Shown here one piece after another: positions 50,001 to 61,282 of a stretch of DNA of 64,000 nt; position 1 is the stretch's first letter; each line of letters begins with the position of its first letter. Below the pieces are notes generated by a model, which was not told the origin of the DNA, searched no databases, and saw only the letters and a program-made list of their open reading frames with translations. The position numbers and the translations under genes are program-made. The stretch is from Candidatus Obscuribacteraceae bacterium. GTDB lineage: Bacteria; Cyanobacteriota; Vampirovibrionia; Obscuribacterales; Obscuribacteraceae. The stretch lies in contig JBGASG010000001.1 in the NCBI GenBank assembly GCA_044229845.1, positions 608,001-672,000 on the forward strand. Direction: 5' to 3'.

Positions 50001-51050
50001 TTAGAAGAAGGTTGCGCATTGCGGGCAGAACGCGAAGTCGTGATCGCGTTTGTAGCCGCAGTTGTGGCAGGTCATCTTTTCACTCTGCGGTGTGGTTGAC
50101 GCACCGCAGACGCTGTTGCCGACGCTGCTCAGCGGGTCGGTGGCGGGAGCCTGGCTTGCTGCACCAATCGGAGCTGTCGCCAGCAGTCCGGAGCCGATGG
50201 TCGGGTCGGTCAGCGACCCCAGATGATTAGTCATGCCGCTTGCTTGCAGACCGCCGATGACCTCGGTGCGCGGGGTGTCAGGCAATAGTGAACCGGTCGA
50301 CTCGATGCTGCCCAGTCCGGCGAAAGCCGAAGCATAGCCTGATACCGGCCGTGGTGCCGCCGGATCAGTCATTTGTTGCTGCCAGGGATCGTGTTCTCCG
50401 GTGACAGGCAACGCCGGATCTGTTTGTTGCTGTTGCCACGGATCGTGTTCTATGGCGGCGGGCTGCAAAATGGGTGTACCGGGATCGGTTTGGGACTGCA
50501 GGGCTTGCTCGAGCTGCGACTGCAGCCAGGATTTGCCTGCCGGTTCCTCCTCATCGACCCGTCCCCAGGATTGGCTCAAAGGTACCGTCGGGTCGAAAGC
50601 CTCATCGACTGGCGCTCGGGCGTTGGCTCGGTCCATTTCTTCTTCGATGGCGGCTTCCTGAGCCAGAATGCGTTCGACGCGTTCTTGTTTCTCTTCGAAT
50701 CTGTCGCTTGCGAAGTGTGGGTCGGCAGTGTGACCCATTGGTGCATTCGGGCGAGTGCGCTCTTCCTCGCTAAGCCCGGACAGCCTCTGAGTTTCTTCCA
50801 TGTGCAATCGCAAATTGACCGCTTGCGGCGAGCGATTGATCATCATTAGCCCGTAAGCAACGGAGCCGATCAAAAACGCGAAGTAGGGAAACGGGTTCTG
50901 CAGGACCAACTGGCAGAGCAGGAAGGCAGCCACAATGCCGAATTGCTTGCGATCGACAAAAATGCCGTTACCCAATCCGGGCATGAAGCAGTTAGCCAGG
51001 ATCAGTCCAAAGCGTTTGAGTTTGAGTCTTTCTTCTGGTGTAGCCGACAT
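50001..51050 (-). CDS. Membrane-anchored protein with disordered linker and C-terminal zinc ribbon
   Basis: N-terminal hydrophobic segments (FMPGLG..), P/Q-rich linker, ends CHNC..CPQC. Confidence 0.78.
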   Translation of the reverse strand: MSATPEERLKLKRFGLILANCFMPGLGNGIFVDRKQFGIVAAFLLCQLVLQNPFPYFAFLIGSVAYGLMMINRSPQAVNLRLHMEETQRLSGLSEEERTRPNAPMGHTADPHFASDRFEEKQERVERILAQEAAIEEEMDRANARAPVDEAFDPTVPLSQSWGRVDEEEPAGKSWLQSQLEQALQSQTDPGTPILQPAAIEHDPWQQQQTDPALPVTGEHDPWQQQMTDPAAPRPVSGYASAFAGLGSIESTGSLLPDTPRTEVIGGLQASGMTNHLGSLTDPTIGSGLLATAPIGAASQAPATDPLSSVGNSVCGASTTPQSEKMTCHNCGYKRDHDFAFCPQCATFF

Positions 51051-51115
51051 GTACTGGTCCGTTTTCCCTTCTCGATAGTCGTTTTATACCCCGAGTGCGG
51101 TGCTACATTAAGCCC

Positions 51116-53215
51116 ATGAACAAGCCCACTGACTTTCGGGTGCCTCTGGCTGCAATGTCTCTGTTGGTTTTTCTGTCTGGGTGCGGCAGGACGGTTCCCA
51201 ATCAGGACTATTTGCAAGAGTTGAATGCCGGGCGTGACGCCTACCTGTCCGGTAACTGGGCTGCCGCCGATGAAAAGTTCGTCCGGGCTAAAGAGCGGGC
51301 AGATCGAGCACCAATCACTCCTGAAACCTTCGGTACCAGTGTGACTTTGAAAGGGGTGCGAGTGGCTGCGCCGGCACTCAGTCAGAGCATCGACGTTTGG
51401 ACGGTCGCACTCGGGCCAGAGCACCCGACGGTACTGACCGGGCTGATGCAGATGGCGTACATCTATTATTTGAACGGCAACTATAAGCTCGGCGAACAAA
51501 CAGTGGAGCGGGCGCTGAAAGCCTATAAGAAATCCGGCAAGCAACTGCCGGAAACGGCAGACACCTGGTTGGCCTTTATTCCGCAGCTTCTGGCTTCCCT
51601 GGGCGAACGTGAACGGGTGTCCAGGCTTTACAGCCGCATTATCGACATGCATACGGAAGTTCTCGGTGCAGACAGTCCCAGCACCATCAAGTATCGGATA
51701 GATCAAGCGAACTGGTTGGGACAGTGCCGCAAATACAAAGAAGCAATTGCGATCCTTGATGACTGCATAGAGACGGGCCGTCGAAAGGCTTTCGATGCCA
51801 GAACGCGGGCCTATGCGGTGAAGAAACGCGCGTGGCTGACCGCTCAGTCGGGAAAGTTCGATCGTGCTGAAAAGTTGTACAAAGAGGCAATACAGATCTT
51901 GTCGGGCGTCACTGAGGATGAGATGAAAGCGGAGGCCGATCTGGCTTCGTTCTACGAAGAATACGGTGGCTACGCAGAGGCAGTCAGTTATCGCGAGCGG
52001 TTGTATAACACACTGAAAGCGGACGGCAAACATGCGCAAAATGCTGATTTGGCTGGTCACGAGTTGGTCAGCGTCATGCAGGAAAAGGCGCCCGCGAAAG
52101 CCTTGGAAATCGCTGAACAGTTGTATGACGATTACGATCGGGACATCGGACCTGCCTCGCCGGAGGCAGCCCACATCCTGCACCATGTGGCTTTCTGTCA
52201 GGCGACGCTGGGGCGTGATGCCGCTTCTCAAACCGCCTGTAACTGGGGAATGGCGGTGCTTGCCTGGGACAGCCGGGGACACGTGCGCACCGTGATTAAC
52301 GACCTGTCTCGATTTGCCGACCGGTTGGCGGCCATCGGTAACGACAAACAAGCTTTGCAGCTGCTCGATGAAGCGCTGACTCTGGCGCGGCAGTCGCAGG
52401 AGCAGGAAGACTGGGGTGTGCAGGAAACGCCCGAAGCGCTGGCGCTGAAGCACAAGGCGGATTGGATGCGTACCAATGGTGATACTGGTGCGGCTGCAAT
52501 GAAAGCTTATGATGAAGCTATTTCTGCTATGCGCAAGGACAAGCGTCAGGACGATACAACGATCGCACTCTATCTTCTCTATCAAACAGAATGCGCGCTT
52601 GAGCGAAGAGATTACCAGGCGGCGCTGAGGGCCGGGCAGCGCGCCGAGAAAATTTACATAGACTGGATGGGCACGGATTCGGCTCGGCATGCGCGCATAT
52701 TGGCTCTGGAAGCGAGAGCTGCGGCGGGCAACGGGGATAGTCAGTCCAGTAAAAAGATGGAGGAGCAAGCGCGCGCCATCTCGCTTAGAGCTGCCGACGA
52801 CGATCCCTTCGATTGCTGTGAGGCATGGGATGAGTTAGGTGCGCTTTGTGTAGCCGCTGGGCGAGTGTCTGAGGCTCGCTCATACTTTCAGAAAGTAGTT
52901 GATACCAAACGCAAACACAAAGTGCGCGGCGACCTGGCTCTGGTTCGAGCCCTGGACGGCTTGGGGCAGACTGACTCACTGTCAGGACATCAGAAAGAAG
53001 CAATGCGGCACTGGCAGGAGGCGATCGATACTCTCGGCCAGGTTTGTTTTGTGACACCGCAAGTGGTGCCGATTGCCGGGCATTACATTGCGGCGTGCAA
53101 GCTCGCAGGCGACGACAAGCGACTGGCGGCGGCTAAAGAACTGGGACTGAAATGGTGCCGTGAACTGTATGGGCCGGACAGCGCTGAGGCTCAGCAAATG
53201 TTGCAGACGCACTGA
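51116..53215 (+). CDS. TPR lipoprotein
   Basis: Lipobox FLSG-C and long TPR units (ALGPEHP, VLGADSP, LYGPDS). Confidence 0.85.
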   Translation: MNKPTDFRVPLAAMSLLVFLSGCGRTVPNQDYLQELNAGRDAYLSGNWAAADEKFVRAKERADRAPITPETFGTSVTLKGVRVAAPALSQSIDVWTVALGPEHPTVLTGLMQMAYIYYLNGNYKLGEQTVERALKAYKKSGKQLPETADTWLAFIPQLLASLGERERVSRLYSRIIDMHTEVLGADSPSTIKYRIDQANWLGQCRKYKEAIAILDDCIETGRRKAFDARTRAYAVKKRAWLTAQSGKFDRAEKLYKEAIQILSGVTEDEMKAEADLASFYEEYGGYAEAVSYRERLYNTLKADGKHAQNADLAGHELVSVMQEKAPAKALEIAEQLYDDYDRDIGPASPEAAHILHHVAFCQATLGRDAASQTACNWGMAVLAWDSRGHVRTVINDLSRFADRLAAIGNDKQALQLLDEALTLARQSQEQEDWGVQETPEALALKHKADWMRTNGDTGAAAMKAYDEAISAMRKDKRQDDTTIALYLLYQTECALERRDYQAALRAGQRAEKIYIDWMGTDSARHARILALEARAAAGNGDSQSSKKMEEQARAISLRAADDDPFDCCEAWDELGALCVAAGRVSEARSYFQKVVDTKRKHKVRGDLALVRALDGLGQTDSLSGHQKEAMRHWQEAIDTLGQVCFVTPQVVPIAGHYIAACKLAGDDKRLAAAKELGLKWCRELYGPDSAEAQQMLQTH

Positions 53216-53231
53216 AGAGGAATCACTCGAT

Positions 53232-54167
53232 TCAGGAGTTGGCTTTTTTCAAGTCTTCGGATAGCGAGATCTTGTCGGTCGTCTGTCCGGAGCCGGTAGT
53301 ATCGTCGGACAGGCGCTCTTCAACGTCTATTTCCGATGGGGGAAGGAACGGCATCTGGTTGGACATGGCACGAACTGTCTGGTCGAGTTGAGCGATTTCG
53401 TCGGTGCCGGCTAGCGGTCGTCCCAGTTGTTCGTTGCGCAAGGCTCTGGCGACGTTATCCGCCACAACGGACAGGCGGCGTGTGATTGCCGAGTTGAAGT
53501 AACTGAGAAAAGCAAAAGCGATCAATATGCTGCCACCCAGTGAGAGAAACATGAAAAAACGCACCGCCCATTTGGAGCGCTCGTACTGCTCCGCGCTGGC
53601 TGTCTGAACCGCGCGGCTTTCGTTCGTGATACTATCGATAGCGTTGCCCATGTCCGCGGTCACGTCTTTGAGTTCGTTATACAGATCGCGTACGCGGCGT
53701 ACACCGATGGCCTGTGAGGAGTCTTTGATGCTGGAATGGGCTCGTTTCAGCATGTCCAGACCTACCCGAGTAGATCGCTCCAGTTCGCCGAAGGCTCGCT
53801 CCTGACGATAATTGCCACGCACCAGCTCGCGCAGTTTGTCCAGCTCCAGCGGTATGCTTGCGACAATCTTTTCGGAGCGCTGGCCGTAAAAAGCATTCTT
53901 GGTGATGCTGTAGCCACCGATAGCGATACCAGCGTCGTGCACGGCTCGCTGCAAGTTTCCTGACTCAAAAATGATGGCATTGGCGCGCATTTGCTGAAAC
54001 TGTTTCGTTTCCGCGTCGTGCATGAGCGTCAGCAATGCCAAGATCAAGCTCAACTGCAGCAGCAAGGGAATACCGACAATCAGTTTCGCCTTGTCGTTGA
54101 GCTTCAGTGTGCGTCGGGTGCCGGGCGACTGATACCTATTCTTGATTTTGGAAAATGGTGATTTCAC
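53232..54167 (-). CDS. Membrane sensor with CHASE3-like four-helix domain and HAMP, no output domain
   Basis: TM1 LIVGIPLLLQLSLILALL, helical periplasmic domain, TM2, HAMP ITRRL..GTDEIAQLDQTVRAM, then ~40 polar residues. GTG start after AAGGA. Confidence 0.75.
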   Translation of the reverse strand: MKSPFSKIKNRYQSPGTRRTLKLNDKAKLIVGIPLLLQLSLILALLTLMHDAETKQFQQMRANAIIFESGNLQRAVHDAGIAIGGYSITKNAFYGQRSEKIVASIPLELDKLRELVRGNYRQERAFGELERSTRVGLDMLKRAHSSIKDSSQAIGVRRVRDLYNELKDVTADMGNAIDSITNESRAVQTASAEQYERSKWAVRFFMFLSLGGSILIAFAFLSYFNSAITRRLSVVADNVARALRNEQLGRPLAGTDEIAQLDQTVRAMSNQMPFLPPSEIDVEERLSDDTTGSGQTTDKISLSEDLKKANS

Positions 54168-54304
54168 AGTGCAATCCTTGCCTACATAATTGTGCCCAGC
54201 TGTCTGCAAGCTCAACTTTAATAGTGCGTGTCCGGCACAAAATTCCACTGACTGCGTCGCCTATAACGCAGAGTCTGTGGCTGCGGACAGAAAATGGAGG
54301 CATC

Positions 54305-54817
54305 ATGCATAAAGTTGTAGTTGGTATCTTTTCTAACCCGGACAGCGCCGCTCTGGCTGCTCATGAGTTTTTGAGCCGCGGCTACAGCCCGCAGGAAGTG
54401 TCGGTAATCCCGGCAACCGATGAGCTCAATCCGCTGGTTCCGGAAATTATGGAAGTGACTGTCAAGCCGACGACCGCTCGTGGCTTCGGGATCATTCCGA
54501 TGGTCAGCGCCTTCGTCGGAGCTATTTTAGGTTTTCTCTTCTGGCAGGTGATGCCGGCCAGCTACGGACACCTGATCGTGCACGGCGGCGTGCTGGGGTT
54601 TCTATACGGTGCAGCGGTGGGTGTGGTGCTCGAACATCTCTTTGGCGATGCACTAATTAACTATAGGCGCCATCGGGCGCAATTGGAATTGGATCCGCAG
54701 CCGCTCGACCTGCGCACCATGGTGGCGGTGCACACGGAAGAAAAAGACCAAACCAAAGAGGCACAAAACTTGCTGGAGTTGTCCGGCGCCAGCGAAATTT
54801 CCACTAAGGCGGCTTAG
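54305..54817 (+). CDS. General stress protein-like membrane protein
   Basis: VVGIF..AA..L..GY....VSVI, two TM segments, VAVH..AQNLLELSGA; RBS GGAGG. Confidence 0.7.
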   Translation: MHKVVVGIFSNPDSAALAAHEFLSRGYSPQEVSVIPATDELNPLVPEIMEVTVKPTTARGFGIIPMVSAFVGAILGFLFWQVMPASYGHLIVHGGVLGFLYGAAVGVVLEHLFGDALINYRRHRAQLELDPQPLDLRTMVAVHTEEKDQTKEAQNLLELSGASEISTKAA

Positions 54818-54831
54818 TGTAGTCCGCCGGA

Positions 54832-55515
54832 CTAATAAGCGGCTTTGGCCGGCTCGGCAGCGCCACTGACGATCGCAATACCTGCGGACGTGCCCAGGCG
54901 CGTCGCGCCGGCTTCGATCATTGCTTTAGCGTGCTCGGCGTTGCGAACGCCACCACTGGCTTTGATGCCGATCTTGGCATCACCGAGGGTTTCTCTAATC
55001 AGCTTCACGTCTTCGACGGTGGCTCCCTTTCCGTCTTTGACCATGCCCGTAGAGGTTTTGACCATGCCGACCTGGGCTCTGGCACAGGCTTTGGTCACGG
55101 CGACCTTCTCGTCGTCAGTGAGCAGATCGGTTTCGATGATCACCTTCACCATGCGGTCGCCGGCCAGTTTGACGATCGCCTTGATCTCTTGCTCGACCAA
55201 CTCGATGTCACCACTTTTGAGCGCGCCGATGTTAATCACCAGGTCGAGTTCTTCCGCGCCTTCCGAGATAGCACGCTGAGCCTCGGCGATTTTGATGTCG
55301 GTCAAGTTGGCGCCCAGTGGGAACCCGATCACTGTGGCAACAGCTACGTCGGAGTTCGCCAGCTCTTTGGCCGCATGTCTCACCCAGTGCGGATTGACGC
55401 AGACAGCGAAAAATTTGTGTTTGGCTGCTTCAGCGCACAACTTGGTGATGTCGGCTTTGGTTGCCTGCGGGCTGAGCAGAGTGTGGTCGATGTATTTTGC
55501 TAAGTCTTGGGACAC
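54832..55515 (-). CDS. deoC: Deoxyribose-phosphate aldolase
   Basis: IDHTLL, VCVNP, VIGFPLG, KVIIET, VKTSTG, IKASGGVR and RLGTS. Confidence 0.97.
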   Translation of the reverse strand: MSQDLAKYIDHTLLSPQATKADITKLCAEAAKHKFFAVCVNPHWVRHAAKELANSDVAVATVIGFPLGANLTDIKIAEAQRAISEGAEELDLVINIGALKSGDIELVEQEIKAIVKLAGDRMVKVIIETDLLTDDEKVAVTKACARAQVGMVKTSTGMVKDGKGATVEDVKLIRETLGDAKIGIKASGGVRNAEHAKAMIEAGATRLGTSAGIAIVSGAAEPAKAAY

Positions 55516-55695
55516 GACGGCAATCTCCGTGGGGCCGTCAAATTATATATCGTCGGCTCCCGGTTCTGAAGCTGAGAAGCAGCCAGCTTCCCGTATGTCA
55601 AGAATCAGGGTTCGGGTTGGCGCACGCACCGTTGAGTTCGCCACGTGCGGGCGGCATGGGACAATATTCGCTCCCCTGATAGAGAGAGGCTCCGT

Positions 55696-57999
55696 ATGTC
55701 CATCAAAAATCCTGTGTCGATAATCTTGGCAACATCCTTGGTGTCGATTGCGCAGCTCTCTTTCGTCCACCCGACCTGGCAACTGTGTCCTCCCGCTTGC
55801 GCTACAGCGAAAAAGCAGGATGCGGCTTCTATCGACAAGGACAAAATCCCCGCCAGAATCGATGCTTACAGCAAAGCGATCACGTCCAAACCAAATCGCA
55901 TCGATCCATATTTGAAGCGAGCACGCCTTTATTTGCTGCAAGACGAAGCGCAAAAAGCGGGCGAGGATGCCAGCCGTGCCGTCGAATTGGATAAGACAAA
56001 TATTGAGGCGCATCGAATCCTGGGGCGAGCCTATCTCTGGCAGGACAAGTATCAATTGGCGCTGGAGAATCTCAATTTCGTCCTGGCGCAACTTCCTGAT
56101 GACACCGATGCCTTGCAAGATCGAGGACGTACTTTCCATCATCTGAACAAGTGGCAAGACGGCGTCAACGATTTCAATCGCCTGATCGAGCTGAAGCCGA
56201 CCGCAGCGGTGTATGCGATGCGTTGCGATGGATACAACGGACTCGAACAGTTCGACAAAGCGATTGCCGACGGCGAGAAAGCCATCGAACTTGATCCGCA
56301 ATATGAATATGGTTATGAAGCCCTGGCCGATGCATTGGATCTCGGCGGTAAAGAAAAACGCTCGCTGGAAGTGATTGAGAAGGCAATCGCGCTCGCTCCC
56401 AACCTAGCTCGTCCACTGGTAATTCGCGCCAGAGCGCTTCGGCATCTAGGACAAGATGAGAAATCTGTCGCTGAACTTACGAAAGTAATCGACAGGTGGC
56501 CTGATGACGAGTGGGCTTACGAAATGCGAACCAAAGCCTACATCAATTTGAAGAATTGGCAGGGAGTAATCAGCGATTGCAATAAAGGCTTGTTGCTTTC
56601 TCCCGATGCAGAATGGGCTCTTAGCATGAGAGCGGTTGGTTACAACGAAGCAGGCGAATATCAAGATGCCCTCGATGATTGCAATGCTGCGCTCAAATTG
56701 AGTCCGGACGATGCCTACGTTTTTTCGGTGCGCGGTGACGCCTGCTTCAATTTGAAGCGATATCAGGATGCGGTCGATTCGTACACTAAGGCGCTTGCTC
56801 TTGATCCGAAAGCCGCGAACAATTATGCGTCGCGAGGAGATGCTTATCTGGAGCTGAAGGACTACGAGAAAGCCCTCGCCGACCTCAACAAGGCCATCGA
56901 AGCCGATGCGAAAAATGGCTACGCTTACGATGTGCGGTCGAGAATCTTCAGCGCACAAGATCAACAAGAAAAAGCAATCGCAGACTTGAGTATGACAATT
57001 TCGATCGAGCCAACCGTGGGCAAGTACCAGCGGCTTGCCGAAACATACTGCGCCACCGGCGAATACGACAAAGCCCTGGACGTGGCGAAGAAGGGAACAG
57101 AAGCGTTTCCTAAAGATGCTGACGCCTTCAGCAATCTTGCGTATGTGCTGGTCGAGCGCAAGGAATTGCCCGCGGCTGTTGCCGCTGCTAAGCAAGCCAT
57201 CGAGCTGAATCCGCAATTGGACAATGCGTACGGGCAATTGGCTGTGGCATACAATCGATTGTCGCAGTGGGATAAAGCAATCGAAGCCTGCACCAGAGCC
57301 ATCGCCATCAATCCCGAAGATCCTTATTACCTGCTGACGCGAGCTCATTGTCAGCAAGGGAAGAAGGCTAATGGCGAGGCACTGGCTGACTATACGGCTG
57401 CAGCCAAACTGGATAGCGAGAATCCAGACGTTTTTCTGGAGAAAGCTTTTCTAGAGATGCAAATGAAGAAAAAGTCCGAAGCGCTGGCCGACATACAGAC
57501 CGCGATCAAGCTTGTGAAGGATGACAGCGCCTTGAACGCAGACACATTCGTTGACCGAGGCGACGTTTTCTTGGGCATAGAGCGCTATTCGGATGCTGTC
57601 GATCAGTACACCAAAGCTCTCGCAAGGGACGCAAAGCACTACTCGGCACTGAATAACCGAGGGTATACTTACGACGAACTCGGTAAGTATGATCTGGCAA
57701 TTGCAGACTCTACCGCTGCCATTGCTGTCGAACCGAAAAATTTCATGGCCTGGGATACGCGTGCTTGCGCCTACCTGCATAAAGGAGATCTGCAAAAGGC
57801 GCTGGCTGATGCTAACTTTGCGCTTAAGCTTGATCCCGAAAATGGCGAGATTTATTTCCACAGGGCTAAAATCTACGCCAAGTTGAAAAAGAGTGCATTG
57901 GCGGTTGCCGATCGCACCAAGTCGAAGAAACTTGGCTTTGTCGATCCCGATGCAACGGTAGCAACCAAAGCGAAGGAAACGAAGACAGCTCAGGACTAG
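55696..57999 (+). CDS. Large secreted TPR protein
   Basis: N-terminal hydrophobic signal, then about 20 TPRs (RGDAYLELKDYEKALADLNKAIE). Confidence 0.92.
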   Translation: MSIKNPVSIILATSLVSIAQLSFVHPTWQLCPPACATAKKQDAASIDKDKIPARIDAYSKAITSKPNRIDPYLKRARLYLLQDEAQKAGEDASRAVELDKTNIEAHRILGRAYLWQDKYQLALENLNFVLAQLPDDTDALQDRGRTFHHLNKWQDGVNDFNRLIELKPTAAVYAMRCDGYNGLEQFDKAIADGEKAIELDPQYEYGYEALADALDLGGKEKRSLEVIEKAIALAPNLARPLVIRARALRHLGQDEKSVAELTKVIDRWPDDEWAYEMRTKAYINLKNWQGVISDCNKGLLLSPDAEWALSMRAVGYNEAGEYQDALDDCNAALKLSPDDAYVFSVRGDACFNLKRYQDAVDSYTKALALDPKAANNYASRGDAYLELKDYEKALADLNKAIEADAKNGYAYDVRSRIFSAQDQQEKAIADLSMTISIEPTVGKYQRLAETYCATGEYDKALDVAKKGTEAFPKDADAFSNLAYVLVERKELPAAVAAAKQAIELNPQLDNAYGQLAVAYNRLSQWDKAIEACTRAIAINPEDPYYLLTRAHCQQGKKANGEALADYTAAAKLDSENPDVFLEKAFLEMQMKKKSEALADIQTAIKLVKDDSALNADTFVDRGDVFLGIERYSDAVDQYTKALARDAKHYSALNNRGYTYDELGKYDLAIADSTAAIAVEPKNFMAWDTRACAYLHKGDLQKALADANFALKLDPENGEIYFHRAKIYAKLKKSALAVADRTKSKKLGFVDPDATVATKAKETKTAQD

Positions 58000-58003
58000 T
58001 GAG

Positions 58004-61000
58004 CTATTGGGTGCGCAGTGGAGTGCGCTGCTCCCAGTAGGCTATCTTTGAATGATATTCCTGCAGGCTGTTGACGCCCAGATGTCCCTGCTGCAGTGAA
58101 GGGATGGCTGCTGCCGTTGCCTTGGCACCGGAAAGCGTGGTGACGACTGGAATGTTGTAGTGCACCGCGGCGCGGCGGATTTCTTGGTCGTCCACGTGCG
58201 CTGTGCGTCCCGACGGAATATTGATCACCAGCTGTATTTCGCCGTTCTTAATACGGTCAATCAAGTTTGGGCGTCCTTCAGATACTTTGTTAACCACCGC
58301 GATGGGAATGCCGGCCGCTTGAACTGTGTTGGCGGTGCCACGGGTCGCTACCAGCTCAAAACCTAATTGGTATAGATTTTGAGCGATCGGCACGACTTCT
58401 TGTTTGTGGGCGTCGGTGACCGAGACGAAGACTCTTCCTTTGGTGGGCAGGTTTTGTCCGGCACCGAGTTGCGCTTTAGCGAAAGCCAATCCGAAGGTGG
58501 AAGCGATGCCCATCACTTCACCGGTGGAGCGCATCTCCGGACCGAGGGAAATTTCAGCGCCCGGAAATTTGCGAAATGGTATCACCACCGATTTTACCGA
58601 GACGTGCGGTGGCAATATGCGCTGGTCGGAGATGCCCAACTCTTTGAGTTTCTTGCCCATCATCACTTTTGTGGCTAAAACTGCCCAGGGCACGCCGGTG
58701 GCTTTGGACACAAACGGCACTGTGCGGCTGCCGCGCGGATTGACTTCCAGTATGTAGGCTTTCTCGTCTTTGTAAGCAAACTGGATGTTCATCAGTCCGA
58801 CAACTTTCAGTTCGGTTGCCAGCGCTCGCGTGGCGGATCGAATCTCTTCGATAATCTTGAGCGGTATCGTCTGCGAGGGCAGCACGCAGGTGCTGTCGCC
58901 CGAGTGAATGCCCGCCTGCTCTATGTGTTCCATGATGCCGGCAATGATCGTTTCTTGACCGTCGCAAATTGCGTCGACGTCAATTTCGACTGCGTTCTCC
59001 AGGAACTCATCGATCAAGACCGGATGATTCGGTTCGACGTTCAGACCGGAAGACAGCCAGGCATCGAGTTCTTCTTGCGTATAAATAATACGCATGGCGC
59101 GCCCGCCCAGCACATAACTGGGACGCACCAGCACCGGGAAGCCGATTTCTTCGGCGATGCGTTTGGCATCTTCTGCCTGATAAGCGGTAGAGCCCTGAGG
59201 CTGACGAAGTTCCAGCTTGCTGAGCAGTTGCCCGAAGCGAGAGCGGTCTTCTGCGATATCGATAGATTCCGGAGAAGTGCCGAGCACCTTAATCCCGCGC
59301 TTCTCCAATCCCTTGGCCAGTTTGAGTGGTGTCTGCCCGCCGAGCTGCACAATGACGCCGACCGGTTTTTCTTGATTGGCGATGTTGCTCACATCTTCGA
59401 GGGTCAAGGGTTCGAAGTAGAGGCGGTCGGAAACGTCGTAATCTGTGGATACAGTCTCCGGATTCGAATTCACCATTACTGCTTCATAACCGATCTCGCG
59501 CAGCGCTATGCTGGCTTGGACGCAGCAATAATCGAACTCGATGCCTTGTCCGATGCGATTGGGTCCGCCGCCCAAGATCATCACTTTGGGCTTGTCTGAT
59601 GCAGGCACTTCGGACTCGTCTTCATAAGTAGAGTACAGGTAGGGTGTGAAAGCTTGGAACTCCGCGGCACAGGTGTCGACCGTCTTATAGGCCGGGAAGA
59701 TGTTGTTCTTCTGACGAATCTCGAAGATATCGTCTTCAGAAACGTTCTGGTTAGTGCTGGAGGAAACCAGCTTGGCCAGTTGCAGGTCGCCGAACCCATA
59801 GCGTTTCAGTCGCTTCAGATACTTAGGATCGAGGTCTTTCAAGCTGGTGACCGCCGACGCCAACGCGCGGCTTTCCTGCCAGATCTCCAGCATGTTGTCG
59901 AGGAACCAGGGATCCATGAAAGTCAATTCGGCGATCTCATCGATCAGGACTCCGGCATCCAGAGCTCCGAAAATGTCGGTAAGGCGGTGGTGACTCGGTA
60001 CAGCCAGACGGCGTCTCCACTCGGCTCGATCGGCGCGGGTTCTGGCCGGCACTGAGCCAAATCCGGAAAGACCTAGCTCCAGTCCGCGCACGGCCTTTTG
60101 CAGTGATTCCTGGAATGTTCTGCCGACAGCCATCACTTCGCCCACCGATTTCATTTGCGTGGTGAGTGTCGTGTCGGAGCCGCGGAATTTTTCAAAATTG
60201 AAGCGCGGCACTTTAGTGACGACGTAGTCGATAGCCGGTTCGAACGATGCTGGTGTCAGCTTGGTGATGTCGTTCGGAATCTCGTCGAGCGTCAGTCCGA
60301 CGGCAAGCTTAGCGGCGATTTTGGCAATCGGGTAGCCGGTGGCTTTGCTGGCCAGGGCAGACGAGCGAGAAACGCGCGGGTTCATCTCGATGACGACGAT
60401 GCGTCCAGTCTTGGGATCCAGCCCAAACTGAATGTTGCTGCCGCCCGTATCGACGCCGATGGCGCGAATGATTTTGATCGAGGCATCGCGCAGGCTCTGA
60501 TATTCTTTGTCGGTCAAAGTCTGCACGGGGGCGACGGTAATCGAGTCCCCGGTGTGAATGCCCATCGGGTCGAGGTTCTCAATGCCGCAAACAATAACGA
60601 CGTTATCCAGACTGTCGCGCATTACCTCGAGTTCGAGTTCTTTCCAGCCCAGGACACTCTCTTCCAGCAGTATCTCGCCCACCGGACTGGCGGTCAGACC
60701 GTCGTGCGCAATCTTCTCCAGTTCTTCCTGGTTGTAGGCGATACCGCCACCGGTGCCGCCTAATGTGAACGCCGGGCGAATAATGATTGGAAAGCCGATC
60801 TCGAGTGCGATGTCGCGCACGTCGCTCTGCCGGCGCGCAATGCCCGACTTCGGAACATCCAGTCCGATCTCCAGCATTTTTTGTTTGAACAGGTCGCGGT
60901 CTTCCGCCATTTTGATCGCTTTCAGGCGAGCGCCAATCAGCTCGACGCCGAATTCTTCGAGGACGCCTGATTCAGCGAGTTCGACAGCAACATTCAGCGC

Positions 61001-61282
61001 CGTCTGTCCGCCCATGGTCGGTAACAAGGCATCCGGTCTTTCTCGCTCAATCACTTCGCGAGCGACCGGCGCTGTCACGGGCTCCAGATAGGTTCTGTCC
61101 GCCACGTTCGGGTCGGTCATGATGGTGGCGGGATTAGAGTTTATGAGGATTACTTCGAATCCCTCGTCGCGCAGCGCTTTGCAGGCTTGCGTTCCTGAGT
61201 AGTCAAATTCGCACGCCTGACCGATGGTAATTGGTCCGGCGCCCAAAATAAGAATCTTGCGGATGTCGGTTCGTTTAGGCAT
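58004..61282 (-). CDS. carB: Carbamoyl-phosphate synthase large subunit
   Basis: [54 protein letters not shown] and MGS domain. Confidence 0.98.
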   Translation of the reverse strand: MPKRTDIRKILILGAGPITIGQACEFDYSGTQACKALRDEGFEVILINSNPATIMTDPNVADRTYLEPVTAPVAREVIERERPDALLPTMGGQTALNVAVELAESGVLEEFGVELIGARLKAIKMAEDRDLFKQKMLEIGLDVPKSGIARRQSDVRDIALEIGFPIIIRPAFTLGGTGGGIAYNQEELEKIAHDGLTASPVGEILLEESVLGWKELELEVMRDSLDNVVIVCGIENLDPMGIHTGDSITVAPVQTLTDKEYQSLRDASIKIIRAIGVDTGGSNIQFGLDPKTGRIVVIEMNPRVSRSSALASKATGYPIAKIAAKLAVGLTLDEIPNDITKLTPASFEPAIDYVVTKVPRFNFEKFRGSDTTLTTQMKSVGEVMAVGRTFQESLQKAVRGLELGLSGFGSVPARTRADRAEWRRRLAVPSHHRLTDIFGALDAGVLIDEIAELTFMDPWFLDNMLEIWQESRALASAVTSLKDLDPKYLKRLKRYGFGDLQLAKLVSSSTNQNVSEDDIFEIRQKNNIFPAYKTVDTCAAEFQAFTPYLYSTYEDESEVPASDKPKVMILGGGPNRIGQGIEFDYCCVQASIALREIGYEAVMVNSNPETVSTDYDVSDRLYFEPLTLEDVSNIANQEKPVGVIVQLGGQTPLKLAKGLEKRGIKVLGTSPESIDIAEDRSRFGQLLSKLELRQPQGSTAYQAEDAKRIAEEIGFPVLVRPSYVLGGRAMRIIYTQEELDAWLSSGLNVEPNHPVLIDEFLENAVEIDVDAICDGQETIIAGIMEHIEQAGIHSGDSTCVLPSQTIPLKIIEEIRSATRALATELKVVGLMNIQFAYKDEKAYILEVNPRGSRTVPFVSKATGVPWAVLATKVMMGKKLKELGISDQRILPPHVSVKSVVIPFRKFPGAEISLGPEMRSTGEVMGIASTFGLAFAKAQLGAGQNLPTKGRVFVSVTDAHKQEVVPIAQNLYQLGFELVATRGTANTVQAAGIPIAVVNKVSEGRPNLIDRIKNGEIQLVINIPSGRTAHVDDQEIRRAAVHYNIPVVTTLSGAKATAAAIPSLQQGHLGVNSLQEYHSKIAYWEQRTPLRTQ

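Noticed and set aside
51002..52768. 588-aa antisense ORF
   Set aside because: It lies almost entirely opposite the TPR lipoprotein, has no motifs and has shadow-ORF composition.
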